From the NCBI GenBank assembly GCA_963845755.1, contig CAWJTV010000005.1, forward strand, positions 608,001 to 672,000: a stretch of 64,000 bases of DNA, in the 5' to 3' direction. The translations under genes and the position numbers were made by a program. Source of the DNA: an uncultured Planctomycetota bacterium (lineage in GTDB: Bacteria > Planctomycetota > Planctomycetia > Isosphaerales > Isosphaeraceae). Positions 1 through 10,696 of this stretch are shown piece after piece. A model generated the notes under the pieces. It searched no databases, was not told the DNA's origin, and worked only from the letters and a program-made list of their open reading frames with translations. Positions within the stretch are counted from its first letter, which is position 1, and every line of letters begins with the position of its first letter.

Positions 1-472
1 CGTCGACTCGGGTTTGATCGTATCCACTCGAGGGCGCGCCGACGGCCAGACCCAGATGCTGACCGCCAGTGGACAGTCCCGCTGGCGGATGCCGCTCTAT
101 ATCCTCGTGGATCACGACAGTGCCAGCGCCAGTGAGATCCTCGCCGGTGCGATGCAGGATCACCAACGAGCGACCATTGTCGGCTCGCGAACCTACGGCA
201 AGGGTTCTGTCCAGAGCATCTTCTCGCTACGATCCGCCCCCGCCGGACTCAAACTCACAACTGCCAAGTTCTACTCTCCCAAGAATCGCCCTTATAGCGA
301 GCAAGGGGTCCAGCCGGACATCCCGATCGTCACGCGCACGGCGGCCAAGCCGGTCGACGATGCCGCTCTCTTGCGAGAAGAGGCGGATCGCGGCGACCCT
401 GCCCTCGATCCCGTGCTCGCCGCGGCGATCCGCACGGCCCTGGATCGTGATCATCCGGAAGACAAACGATGA
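1..472 (+). CDS. S41A C-terminal processing peptidase, 3' part (gene runs off the left edge)
   Basis: SASASEILAGA (catalytic Ser), TYGKGSVQ (catalytic Lys), LTTAKFYSP and GVQPDI motifs of the CtpA/Prc family. Confidence 0.9.
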   Translation, partial: VDSGLIVSTRGRADGQTQMLTASGQSRWRMPLYILVDHDSASASEILAGAMQDHQRATIVGSRTYGKGSVQSIFSLRSAPAGLKLTTAKFYSPKNRPYSEQGVQPDIPIVTRTAAKPVDDAALLREEADRGDPALDPVLAAAIRTALDRDHPEDKR

Positions 473-763
473 AGTCGTTTCATCGTAAGTCGATCGGAGG
501 TAATGAGCCCCGGGCCCTCCCGACGACTCTCCGAACGGCCTAAGACCGTGCCAGCCGTGACTCGTGAAGGGTGCGGCGTCGATTCCCATGATCGCTTGTG
601 GTACGATCCGGCGTGCATGACTTGGTGCCACTTGGGATGATCGAGCAAACGACCTCCACTGACGATTGGTGCTGCGCGATGGTCAAAGGCTGGCCATCGG
701 CACCTCCCCCAATCGTCACGAAGCTCGGCAATCGTTGATGCTGACATCGAGATTGGACGATCG

Positions 764-2761
764 ATGAGTGATAACGCCGGTCGCGCGTTGAACACGCATC
801 GACCCCGAGGTTGCCTGGACGGTGGTGACCGACTCCCCGCTTAAAGGACTCGTTCTGGCCCGAGAGGCCGGCACGATCCTGGCATGGGACGAGGGAAATC
901 AGCTCTATCTCCTGGACCTCCAGGGAGAGTCCCTCTCGTCGTCGCGCGTGCCGAATAAGATCCTCGCTGGTGCGATCAGTGACGAGGGAAGCCTGATCGC
1001 CCTGATTGTCGAAGCCGATGATGCTGGACTCCTGCTGCTCAACGCGGACTTCGGCGTGGAGCTAGAGCGTCCTGCTCCATCGGAGGCCACATTCGTCTCG
1101 ATCGACTCGCACGGCCGTTACGTCGCGATCGGGACGCGCCAGTCCGTTCTGCACCTGGTCAATCGTTACGGCAGGCCCGCCGGTCGAACTGGAGACCATT
1201 GAGCCCCTTTCCCACTTTCAGTTCCTGGCCGACCGGCCGATGGCGGTCGGTGCTGCCGCCTTCGGAATGCTGGTGGGCGTGGATCTGGAGTTCTCGCGAA
1301 GTGGAGATCGCCTCGAGACCGAGATCCTCTGGCACGATCGCTTGATGTCCAACGTGGGTCGGTTGGCCATTACGGGCGACGGCGCCATGATTCTGGCCAG
1401 TTGTTACACCCTCGGAATCCAGCGATTCGATCTGCAAGGCCGGAACGAGGGATCGTACCACCTGGGCGGAACGGTTACGCATGCCGTTCCTGACTTTCCC
1501 GGTCGAACGATTGCGGCAGCGACCCTTGAGGGTGAATTGGCGCTGATGAACTCAGCGGGGAACGTGCCGCTGGCGCACCCAACTGCTGCGTCCCATCATC
1601 GCCCTGGGGATTGATCCCCTGGGCCGCTACTTGATCTACGGTCATGCCACAGGCGAAATCACACGCCTTGACCTGTTCGCAAGCGGCTCGAGCCGGGCGA
1701 CGGCCCGCACTGTGCGGCGATCTTCTTCCGCGATGGGTTCGGCGACCCGCACGACATCGGGGTCGGTAAGGACTCCAGACTGGCTCGTTCCCGTCGTCGA
1801 GAACGATTCACACGCCGAAACCGCCGTGGTCGCCGTCGTGGATGACCCATCACTCATCGCCCTATTCACCAGCCCGCGCCGTCTCCAATTCTTCGACCCG
1901 ACCGGCCGGCTGCTCGGTCAGGGTCCCGATCTCGTCGGAGTGGGGCGTATGTTGCAGACGGCTCCCGGTTGGCTTGCCGCCGCGACCGATCGCCAGATAC
2001 TCCTCACCGACCTGCGCCACATGACGCATCGCATCCTCGATGTGAGCCTGGTCCAACTCACGCACCTCGCCATCCGTCCGGATGAGTTCGGTCTCGCGTT
2101 GGTGGAGGAGCGCGATCGAATCGGGCGGCTGACACCAGCCAGCCGCTGGGTCTGGAAGCGGGAGCTCCGGGAACCGATCGAAGAGCTGGCCATCGGGCCT
2201 TACGGATTCCTGGCGGTGACCTCTCACAACGGTCAACTGCTGATTTTCGACCCCGCTGGCGAGATGACAAGTTCCTTTACCTTCGATCCCAGCGACCCGC
2301 CCATAGTGATCGAAGCGCCCGAGGAATCCCCTCCTCAAGTGGCCTGGGTCACCCTGTCCCGACGATCGCAAGTGTTACGCGGGCATGACTTGCGCGGTAA
2401 GGTCCTTTGGGAGCGGCCCCTTCCCTGGGAAGGGTGGGCGCTCCACCGCCTGGGCCGCCTCGTCCTGGCGACCGCGGCCGACGGTCGCGCACTGGCATGC
2501 GACGGATCGGGCGAGATCCATGCGCCGTCGGGAGCCGCGAGCGATCCAAAAGATATGTTCGTCGTCGATCCGTCCGGTGTCCTACTCCGGCTCTCCCGGA
2601 GGGGAGCCCATCTCATCTGCTCGACGCTCGACAGCCGCGTGCGCTGGCGATGTGTCGTTGACCATGCGATCGGGCCACTGGCTGCGGGAATGTCAGGAGT
2701 GGCGGTCATGATCGGCCGCTCTCTCGCCTGGTTCCAGAACCAAACGACTGTGGTTAATTAG
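764..2761 (+). CDS. WD40/PQQ-like beta-propeller repeat protein, reconstructed across frameshifts (~795, ~1190, ~1566)
   Basis: Consecutive ORFs 822-1202, 1240-1614 and 1631-2761 all show propeller-blade periodicity (AISDEGSLIA, SIDSHGRYVA, AITGDGAMIL, VLWERPL); probable ATG at 764. Confidence 0.65.
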
Positions 2762-2859
2762 GGGATTTACCAGTTCTGCGTAAGAAATGGGGTGCGGAGT
2801 GGCTAGCCGGCTTTCCATCTTCCTCTCATCCAATCGCGGATGCTTTTTACGCAATGAAC

Positions 2860-2888
2860 TTGAAATAATCGTTGCTCTGAGCTACACT
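2860..2888 (+). promoter_or_regulatory. sigma70-like promoter TTGAAA-N17-TACACT
   Basis: Near-consensus -35/-10 with 17-nt spacer in an AT-rich intergenic region upstream of the 3058-3540 ORF. Confidence 0.5.
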
Positions 2889-3057
2889 GAACAAATTGCA
2901 GATATACGTAATGCAACCGAGAGCACGTTGTCGTCATTCTTCGATCAACCCCGATGAGTCACAGGCGATGCCCTCGCATCGCTCGAGCTGAGTTCCTGGA
3001 GGCGTGATCGCAACTCGCGTTTCATCGCGTCCGAGATCCTCTCCATGAACCAAAGGA

Positions 3058-3540
3058 GTGGTTCCGCATCTCAGCTTGGAGGTCTCGATGGTTGAGTGTA
3101 ACTCCATACCGTTGTTCCAGCTCGGCTCCGAAAGTCGCATGAGTTTGCATAAATGTGGCGAAGAGGAAGCCCAGCGATTCAAGTGGATCGAGAGCGAGAA
3201 GGCCGGCCGGGATCTGGGCGAGACAGCGATCCGAACCTGGATTGGCCGGCACTGGAACGGATTCTTGCGGCATCGGTGGCTGGAGCATCTCCAGGGCATG
3301 ACGTTCTGGATCGAATTGGATCAAGGCGATTTTGGGCTGTTGCGCACGGCGTTCCGTGAATCCGCCCTCATCGATCCGATTTTGGACCACTTCAAGCACG
3401 GTCGGGAGAATCTCGACATCATCTTGTGGGCGATCAAGGATCGGCTCCCGCTAAACGAGGTCATCGAGATTCTCGAGGCGCTGGACGTCAACAGCCGGCG
3501 CATCGAGTGCCGATTCGATCCGCGAGGCAACCGAGTCTGA
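3058..3540 (+). CDS. Conserved hypothetical protein (FKWIESEKAGRDLG motif); start may be 3088 or 3139
   Basis: Clean ORF with protein-like composition; KW-x-ESEKAG-x-D-x-G motif recalled from small PVC-group proteins. Confidence 0.7.
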   Translation: MVPHLSLEVSMVECNSIPLFQLGSESRMSLHKCGEEEAQRFKWIESEKAGRDLGETAIRTWIGRHWNGFLRHRWLEHLQGMTFWIELDQGDFGLLRTAFRESALIDPILDHFKHGRENLDIILWAIKDRLPLNEVIEILEALDVNSRRIECRFDPRGNRV

Positions 3541-3587
3541 GTTCCGTGGCCGGTCGCGTTCACTTCGAGGGTCTTCAGCCGCCCGAT

Positions 3588-5092
3588 TCAAGCGTCCGGG
3601 TCGGAAGACGGTCTCGTCGAGAGGTTCTCGACGAATTGAACGATCGTCCTCACGAAACACCCCGTGGATCCGATGTCGCAACCAGAGCTGTCCATGTCCG
3701 CCCAGCTCGGTCCGGCGATGTCGAGATGAATCCATGGCGTCGAACTCACGAACTGTTCCAAGAACTTGGCAGCGGTGATGGCGCCTCCCCATTTTCCACC
3801 GACATTTTTCAGATCAGCGACATGGCTCTTGAGTGATTCCTTGTAATCGTCGTCGAGGGGGAGACGCCAGACCCGTTCGCCTGTTTGACGGCTGGCCGCG
3901 AGGAAATCCTGGTAGAACGGTTCATCGTTTGTAAAGAGTCCAGCGACCTTGGTTCCCAGCGCGACAATGCACGATCCTGTCAGGGTGGCGAGATCGATTA
4001 CACGATGCGGCCGTTGCTCCACCGCGTAACTGAGGGCATCGGCGAGGATTAGGCGGCCCTCGGCATCCGGTATTTAAGATCTCCACGGTCGTGCCATTAC
4101 GGATAGTCAGTACATCGCCGAGTTTCATGGCCCGACCGCCGGTCATGTTCTCTGTCAGTGCGACGTAGCCCGTAATATTCACACGCAAGTCCAGCCTCGC
4201 GATAGCTTGCATGGCGGCGACTACGACGGCGGCGCCGGTCATGTCGGACTTCATGTCTTCCATCGAGGCGGCGGGCTTGAGACACAGGCCGCCTGAGTCG
4301 AACGTGACGCCCTTACCCACTAGCGCTAACGTTGGTGTCTGGTCCCCGCGCCGGTAGTCAAGGATCAGGAAGCGTGGCGGCTCTTCGGAGCCGGCGGCGA
4401 CCCCTAGCAGTCCGCCGAACCGCTCCCCTTTGATCCGATGCTCGTCCCAGGAGTCGACAGCAACGCCAGCCTCGGCGGCGACGAGCCCAATGCGCTCGGC
4501 CAGCGCTGTCGGCGATTTCTCTGCGGGCGGTGTATTGACCAGGTCGTGCGCGCAGGTTAACCGCTGCGCCGACAATCTCGCCACGGCGTGTACTATATAC
4601 GAGATCGTCGGTCTCGAGGCCGCCGGGCGGTATGATGAGATAGAGTGTACCGAACGCGTGACGATTCGGCTCGGTCTTGCGAAGACCCGGACTCCGCGTG
4701 CCAACCAAAGCCCCTTCAATCATCGCAGACGCCACACTCCGCGGGTCTTCCGAGCGCGGGACGACGAAAGCGACGCTCTCTCGGCGCTTTCCTGCGATCC
4801 GTTTGGAGGCGGTGAACGCTGCTGAGAACGCGACCCCTGCGTCGAACCGTGCCCAAGGCCCCAGGCCGACGAGAACGAGCGAACCGGCTTCGAGTCCCTG
4901 TGGCTCGTGCTGCACAGTCAGTTCGCCAAGCGAGCCAGTGACCTCTTTCTCGGCGCGGAGACGTTCCACCAGCCGGCCCGCGGCGGTTCCTTCCAGCTCC
5001 GGGGCAGGGTTTGCGTCGTTCTCGAAGACGCCCAGGACGAGCCACTGGGACTTGACGGTGACGATCGGCTGTCGGAGTTGTGTGATGTTCAT
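3588..5092 (-). CDS. pepA: Leucyl aminopeptidase (M17), frameshifted at ~4550 and ~4070
   Basis: LVGKGVTFDSGG, MKSDMTGAA, NT(D)AEGR, DLATLTGSC and WIHLDIAG motifs across three ORF pieces. Confidence 0.92.
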
Positions 5093-5356
5093 TCTGTTCT
5101 GAAGATCCCCAGTGACAGACCCGCGAAAAGCTGGCTTGGAGGCGATCACCGCAACGGCAGGACGTTGGTCGCAGAACCGCGCCTCCATCATAATCCACGA
5201 TGGATCATGATGGCAGAGGGTTTGACGCTGCGCCAACCCGGCTTGCCCTGTGTTCGTATGGTCGATACAATCCCCGCCGTTCCCGTCGAGCCGAATCTCA
5301 TTGAGGGGTTTCGTATCCCTCGTCGCTAGCACGCCCAGGTGCTGGGAGAACCAAGG

Positions 5357-5814
5357 ATGGTGAATTCCCACCGCGCCCGCCGCCTGGCGGCCTTCCTCCT
5401 TTTGTCGAGCATCGCCCTGTTCTCCGGCTGTGTGGTTCGTCGATACACCGTTCGCACTGATCCGCCTGGTGCGCTTGTCATCGTCAACGACGAGGCACTC
5501 GGACCCGCACCAGCCTCACGAAGTTTCGAGTACTATGGAGATCGCAGGGTCACGTTGTTGCTCGACGGATACGAGCCGCAGACCATCATCCAGCCGATCA
5601 ACGCTCCCTGGTGGGACAATTATGCGACCGAGTTCTTTACGGAGAACTTGATCCCATGGGTGATTCGAGATGATCGAGAGTACACATATAAGCTCGGTCC
5701 CGCCAAGTATGCGACAGAAGAGGCAGTGAGAGATCGTGCTGACTCGATGCGCAGCGAAGCTCAGATCCTTCCCGAACCCCGGCGGGGGGGATCCTCGGGT
5801 GGCTTGGATTCTAG
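5357..5814 (+). CDS. PEGA-domain lipoprotein
   Basis: Signal peptide with lipobox LFSG|C, then VRTDPPGALVIVND PEGA start; probable true end GGILGWLGF* after a G-homopolymer slip at ~5785. Confidence 0.75.
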
Positions 5815-5992
5815 GCTCGCGATTCCTTTGCGAAGATGTCATCACGCACAGGTTGTCAATCGCAGCCGGTTCGGTCTGGTGCGAGGTGAGGCGAGAAAAC
5901 TGGGATCTCTGCCTGATTTGGAACGAGCGCAAAGCCGATGGATGTGATACGGGTCTCCGAAGGGATCGGTCAACCGAACGAGGTAAGCCGAC

Positions 5993-6853
5993 GTGAAGAT
6001 CGTGGTGGCTGCCGTCCAGATGACCTCGGATCCGCTCGACGTCTCGGTAAACTTGCACCGAGCCGACGACTTGCTGCGCTCGGCGCACGGTGACGGGGTG
6101 GAGCTGGCAGTCCTGCCCGAGCTGTTCAACACCGGATATAGTCTTCGCCCCGATTATGGACCGTTCAGTGAGTCCGTTGAGGGCCCCACGATTACACATC
6201 TCAGTCGCCGGTGCCGGCGGTGGAGAATGGGGATCGTCGCGGGCTTCGTCGAGTGCGCGGACCGGCACCTTTATGACTCGGTTGTCTACTGCGGACCCGA
6301 CGGCGAGATTCAGGTCTATCGCAAGCGCAACCTGGTCTTCTGGGAGAGGTTTCGATTCCGACCCGGTCGATCGCCCCTGGTCGTATCGACGCCCTGGGGA
6401 CGCGTCGGCTTCGCGATTTGCGCCGACATGATCTATCGAAAAGTCTGGAATGACTATCGAGGCCGGATCGACCTGGCGATCGTTTCGGCGGCATGGCCGG
6501 AGTTCGCTGATCGGGATTCCGGCCGGCGGCATTGGCTGCTCGGCCACGTCGGGCCGCTGTCGGAGGCGATTCCCGCGAAGGTCGCGTCCGACCTGGGAGT
6601 ACCGGTGATCTTCGCCAATCAGTGCGGCGAGACACACACCGCAATCCCCGTGTTGGGCACCCGGATCAAAGATCAGTTCGCCGGCCAGAGCAGTATCTGC
6701 GACGGCCATCACGGGGCACCGGTGCGAGCCGGTAAGGAGCCGTCGCTTCTCGTCGCCCCGATTACACTCCACCATCAGCGAGGGCTGAAATCGTGGCGTT
6801 CTATGTCCCCCTTGGTCCCCGCGGCGTCCTGCTCCGGATCGGTACTTTCGTGA
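5993..6853 (+). CDS. Carbon-nitrogen hydrolase (nitrilase superfamily)
   Basis: Catalytic triad motifs LPELF (E), YRKRNL (K), AICADM (C). Confidence 0.9.
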   Translation: MKIVVAAVQMTSDPLDVSVNLHRADDLLRSAHGDGVELAVLPELFNTGYSLRPDYGPFSESVEGPTITHLSRRCRRWRMGIVAGFVECADRHLYDSVVYCGPDGEIQVYRKRNLVFWERFRFRPGRSPLVVSTPWGRVGFAICADMIYRKVWNDYRGRIDLAIVSAAWPEFADRDSGRRHWLLGHVGPLSEAIPAKVASDLGVPVIFANQCGETHTAIPVLGTRIKDQFAGQSSICDGHHGAPVRAGKEPSLLVAPITLHHQRGLKSWRSMSPLVPAASCSGSVLS

Positions 6854-6951
6854 TTGGTATCTGGGGCGGTCTGGTCTATGGATGGGCCTGCCGACACCGC
6901 ACGATGTCCGTTCCCAACCCTCTGCCCTTGACCATTCCCCTGCCCGACTGA
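6793..6951 (+). CDS. Putative 52-aa small membrane protein, or alternative C-terminus of the nitrilase
   Basis: GTG...TGA frame reading VAFYVPLGPRGVLLRIGTFVIGIWGGLVYGWACRHRTMSVPNPLPLTIPLPD; one hydrophobic segment; below the ORF-track cutoff. Confidence 0.35.
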   Translation: MAFYVPLGPRGVLLRIGTFVIGIWGGLVYGWACRHRTMSVPNPLPLTIPLPD

Positions 6952-7111
6952 TACCAAAAGCGAGATCAGTCCACGGACGAATCGAAGCGACGGGTCGGCT
7001 GAACCACGCGAGCGGCATTCTCGGTTTGCAGTCGTCTTGACGACCCGCATGACGCCGTCGATCGAAGTCGGTCAATCGTCCAGTTCTGCGTCTCTCAACA
7101 GGGGATTCCGC

Positions 7112-9093
7112 ATGTGTGGCATCGCCGGTGCTCTGGACTTGCGCGGAAGGCGGGAGTTTCCCTGGCAGCGCCTGGAGTCGATGACAGGGGCGATCGCCCA
7201 TCGAGGACCGGACGACGAGCAATTTCACCTCGAGCCGGGTATCGCCTTGGGAGCCCGCCGGCTTTCAATCATCGACCTGGCCGGCGGCCGGCAACCGCTC
7301 AGCAACGAAGACGGATCGATCTGGGTTGCCTTCAACGGCGAACTCTTCGACTATCCTGAGTTGCGCGGGGTCCTGCTGGCTCGCGGTCATCGCCTGTTCG
7401 ACCCGCTGCGACACCGAAGCCTGGGTCCATCTCTACGAGGAATTCGGCGAGAGGATGTTCGACTCCGCCGGCGGGCAATTCGCGGTCTCGCTCTGGGATC
7501 GGAACACGCGAACATTGATCCTCGGCCGCGATCGGGTCGGCATCTGCCCTTTGTACTACACCGAGGTTGACGGCTGGCTGCTCTGGGGCTCGGAGATCAA
7601 GGCGCTCCTGGCATCGGGCATGGTCGCGGCGCGTCCCGATCCTCGCGGAATCGACCACCTGTTCACATTCTTCTGCGCCGGGACCTCGCGGACTTTCTTC
7701 GAAGGGATTTCCTCGCTGCCGCCGGGGCATTATCTGAAGGTCCGCGACGGGCAGGCCGTCAAGCACTGCTACTGGGACCTCGACTTCCCCGATGCGGGCG
7801 ACGAACTCCGGCCTGCCGATCCGGCCCCCCTGATCGAAGATCTCGAGTCTCACCTGCATCGCGCGGTAGAACGCCGGCTCCGTAGCGACGTACCGGTGGT
7901 CAGCTATATCAGTGGGGGGCTGGATTCGACCGTCGTCCTGGGAATCTGCAGCCGGCAGCGTGGAGGAACGATTCCCTCGTTCACGATCGGGTTCGACAAG
8001 GCTGGTCCGGATGAGCGAGCCCATGCGACGGAAGCGGCCGCGGTCCTCGGATCTCCACTGACCACAGTCACGATGGATCGCGAGGGGCTGGCCCAAACCT
8101 TCCCCGAACTGATCCAAGCCGCTGAGGGCCCGGTTCTCGACACCTCTTGCGCGGCGCTCTTGCGGCTGGCCCAGGCGGTGCACACACAAGGCTATAAGGT
8201 CGCGTTGACCGGGGAAGGGGCCGACGAGGCACTCGCCGGCTACGTCTGGTACAAGACCCAGGTGGTCCGTGATCGGGTGGAGCGCTTGATTGGTCCCGCC
8301 GTACCGCGCATGTTTCGCAAGGTTCTCATGGGCGTCGTGGCCGGTGGCCGTCCGCACTTGCCACCCCAGATGGCGATGGCCGGCGTGCGGCCGGCCCAGC
8401 AGGACCTCTATGAGTTGATCTCCCAGGCCAAGCCGTCGGTCTACTCGGAGGGCATGTGGCAGAGATTGGGCGACCACAGCCCGTACGACGACCTGGATCT
8501 CACGAATGACCGTATCGGCCGATGGCATCCGCTGAACCAGTCGCTGTACGTGGGTTACAAGGTCATGCTGGCGGGCCTCTTGATGATCTGCAAGGGGGAC
8601 CGCATCGCCATGAACGCCTCGGTGGAGACGCGCTATCCCTTCCTCGACGAGAACGTCATCGCGTTCTGTGCGGGGATTGCGCCAGAATACAAGCTCCGCG
8701 GTCGGACCGAGAAGTGGATCCTCCGCCAGGTGGCCGCTCGCATCCTCCCCGAGCGGATTGCGCGGAGGCCGAAGACGATGTTCCGCGCCTGCATGTCCGG
8801 GACCTTCCTGGGCCCGAACCGGCCTTCGTGGGTTGACCAGTTGCTCAGCCCCGATTCGTTGCGCTCCACGGGTTATTTCGACGTCGATGCCGTGGTTCGT
8901 CAACGAGCCTGGCAGGTCCGGATGCCGACGGATCACGCCCACGAGGTTCGTCTTCGACGTGGCGCTGACCTGCGTTGTCTCGACGCAACTCTGGCACCAC
9001 CTGTTCTGCGGCGGGAATCTTTGCGACCTCCCGACCTGGCAGCCGCCGGCGCGGCGGTCCGTCGTCGAGACCTCGGCCCCGGTCGGGGTCTGA
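7112..9093 (+). CDS. asnB: Asparagine synthase (glutamine-hydrolysing) family amidotransferase, frameshifted at ~7397 and ~8928
   Basis: N-terminal MCGIAG, HRGPD, RRLSIIDL, FNGEL, SGGLDS, GEGADE and VETRYPFLD motifs. Confidence 0.92.
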
Positions 9094-9280
9094 TGACGGG
9101 TGAGACCTTGAACCTGTCGCTCCGCCGCGGCTACCATGATCCCGGTTCGGCTTCTCGGCCCAGGGAATGACGCTTCCACCGCGCTGCCTGGTAGGCACGC
9201 GCGCCGGAGGGTGCTCCGCGAGCACCGATTCCGGGCAATCTCGACCGATCGATGGCGGGAGCCGACGGGGAGAATTCGCC

Positions 9281-9799
9281 ATGGCACTTGTCAGCTACAT
9301 CTCGGACCAGGACGCCGCGGAGAAGGTCAAGCCGGTCTTCCAGGGCATGGAGAAAAAGCTCGGCGTGGTCCCCAACGTCTTCCGGGCTATGGCCCATAAC
9401 CCGGAGATGTTCGAGGCATTCCTGGCACTCAACGCCACGCTGCCGAAGACCCAGCTCGTGGGCAAGCTCCGCGAGCTGGCCTACATCAAGACATCCGAGC
9501 TCAACGGCTGCGACTACTGTCTGCATCATCACCGCGCCCTCGGCAAGAAGGCTGGCCTCAACGACCGTCAGGTCGCCGAGACCGCCGACTTTGAATCCAA
9601 CGACGCGTACGATGACCTCCAGCGGGACGTAATGCGATACGCCGAGCAGGTGACACGGCACATCAACGTCGATGACGTGCTCTTCGCTCGCTTGAAGCAG
9701 GCTCTCAACGATCGCCAGATCGTCGAGCTGGCCATGACCGTCGGAATCGCCAACTTCACCAACCGCGTTACGGAGACCCTGAGGCTGGAGTTGCCCTGA
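9281..9799 (+). CDS. AhpD/carboxymuconolactone decarboxylase family peroxidase-like protein
   Basis: VPNVFRAMAHNP and ELAY...NGCDYCLHHH (CxxC) motifs; GGAG upstream. Confidence 0.9.
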   Translation: MALVSYISDQDAAEKVKPVFQGMEKKLGVVPNVFRAMAHNPEMFEAFLALNATLPKTQLVGKLRELAYIKTSELNGCDYCLHHHRALGKKAGLNDRQVAETADFESNDAYDDLQRDVMRYAEQVTRHINVDDVLFARLKQALNDRQIVELAMTVGIANFTNRVTETLRLELP

Positions 9800-9825
9800 C
9801 ACCGCAGGTGTCGAGACGAACTCAG

Positions 9826-9874
9826 GAATCGCGATTTCGGATTCCAGATTCGCGATTCTGGATTCTCGACTTCG
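9826..9874. repeat. Tandem heptamer array, consensus GATTCNN (7 units)
   Basis: GAATCGC GATTTCG GATTCCA GATTCGC GATTCTG GATTCTC GACTTCG read directly. Confidence 0.8.
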
Positions 9875-9942
9875 GGCGTCTCCGAGATCCTCGTCCGGTA
9901 ATAGGGAAACCCCATGGATTTTGTTTGAGGGATTATACGAAT

Positions 9943-10692
9943 ATGAGTGAGAGTCAGAATGTGGCCGGCGCGGGGCCGTCCTGGGTCCCTCTTTCGCCTC
10001 GCGAACGCCGTGTCCTGGGGGTGATGGTCGAGAAGGCCAAGACGACGCCGGAAAACTACCCGATGACGCTGGCGGCGATCGTCACGGCGTGCAACCAGAA
10101 GACCAACCGCGACCCGATCACGAACTACGATCAGGACGACGTCGAGGACACCCTTCACAACTTGCGGAAAAAGGGAGCCGTGATCCTGGTGGAAGGAAGC
10201 GGCCGGGTCGCGCGTCTGGAAGTATACGCTGTACGAGTGGCTGAAGGTGAGCAAGGCCGAGTTGGCGGTCCTGGCCGAGCTACTGATGAGAGGTCCCCAG
10301 ACCGAGGGGGACCTCCGGGCTCGTGCCAGCAGGATGGAGCCACTACCGGACCTGCCGGCGCTCCAGGCCCTCCTGGAGGCGCTGGTCCCGCGGGGCCTGG
10401 TGCAGTACCTCTCGCCTCCGGGCCAGAAACGGGGCGTATTCGTCGCGCACGGCCTGTATCCTCCCGAGGAGCTGGAACGAGTTCGCCAGGCCTTCGCAGG
10501 CCGGGTCGTCGCTGAGGACGAGTCGCCTTCACGGTTATCGCCGGCGCGGGTCGAGCTGGCCGCCACGTCGGCCGCCCCGGGATGGGTGCCCGAGATCGCC
10601 GCGCTTCGCGCCGAGGTTCAGCACCTCCGGAGCTCCCTGGAAGCCCTCGCCACCGAAGTCCGCGAACTGAAATCTGCGCGCTCGGAGCGTGA
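9943..10692 (+). CDS. DUF480 / YceH family protein, frameshifted at ~10212 and ~10678
   Basis: LSPRERRVLGVMVEKAKTTPENYPMTL...CNQKTNRDP and ELLMRGPQTEGDLRARASRM motifs; C-terminal coiled coil. Confidence 0.88.
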
Positions 10693-10696
10693 TCGC

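Noticed and set aside
6793..9093. Lasso peptide cluster (small ORF plus AsnB-like cyclase)
   Set aside because: AsnB retains the glutaminase N-terminal Cys, no B1/B2 (PqqD/transglutaminase) genes are present, and the peptide lacks an acidic residue at core position 7-9.
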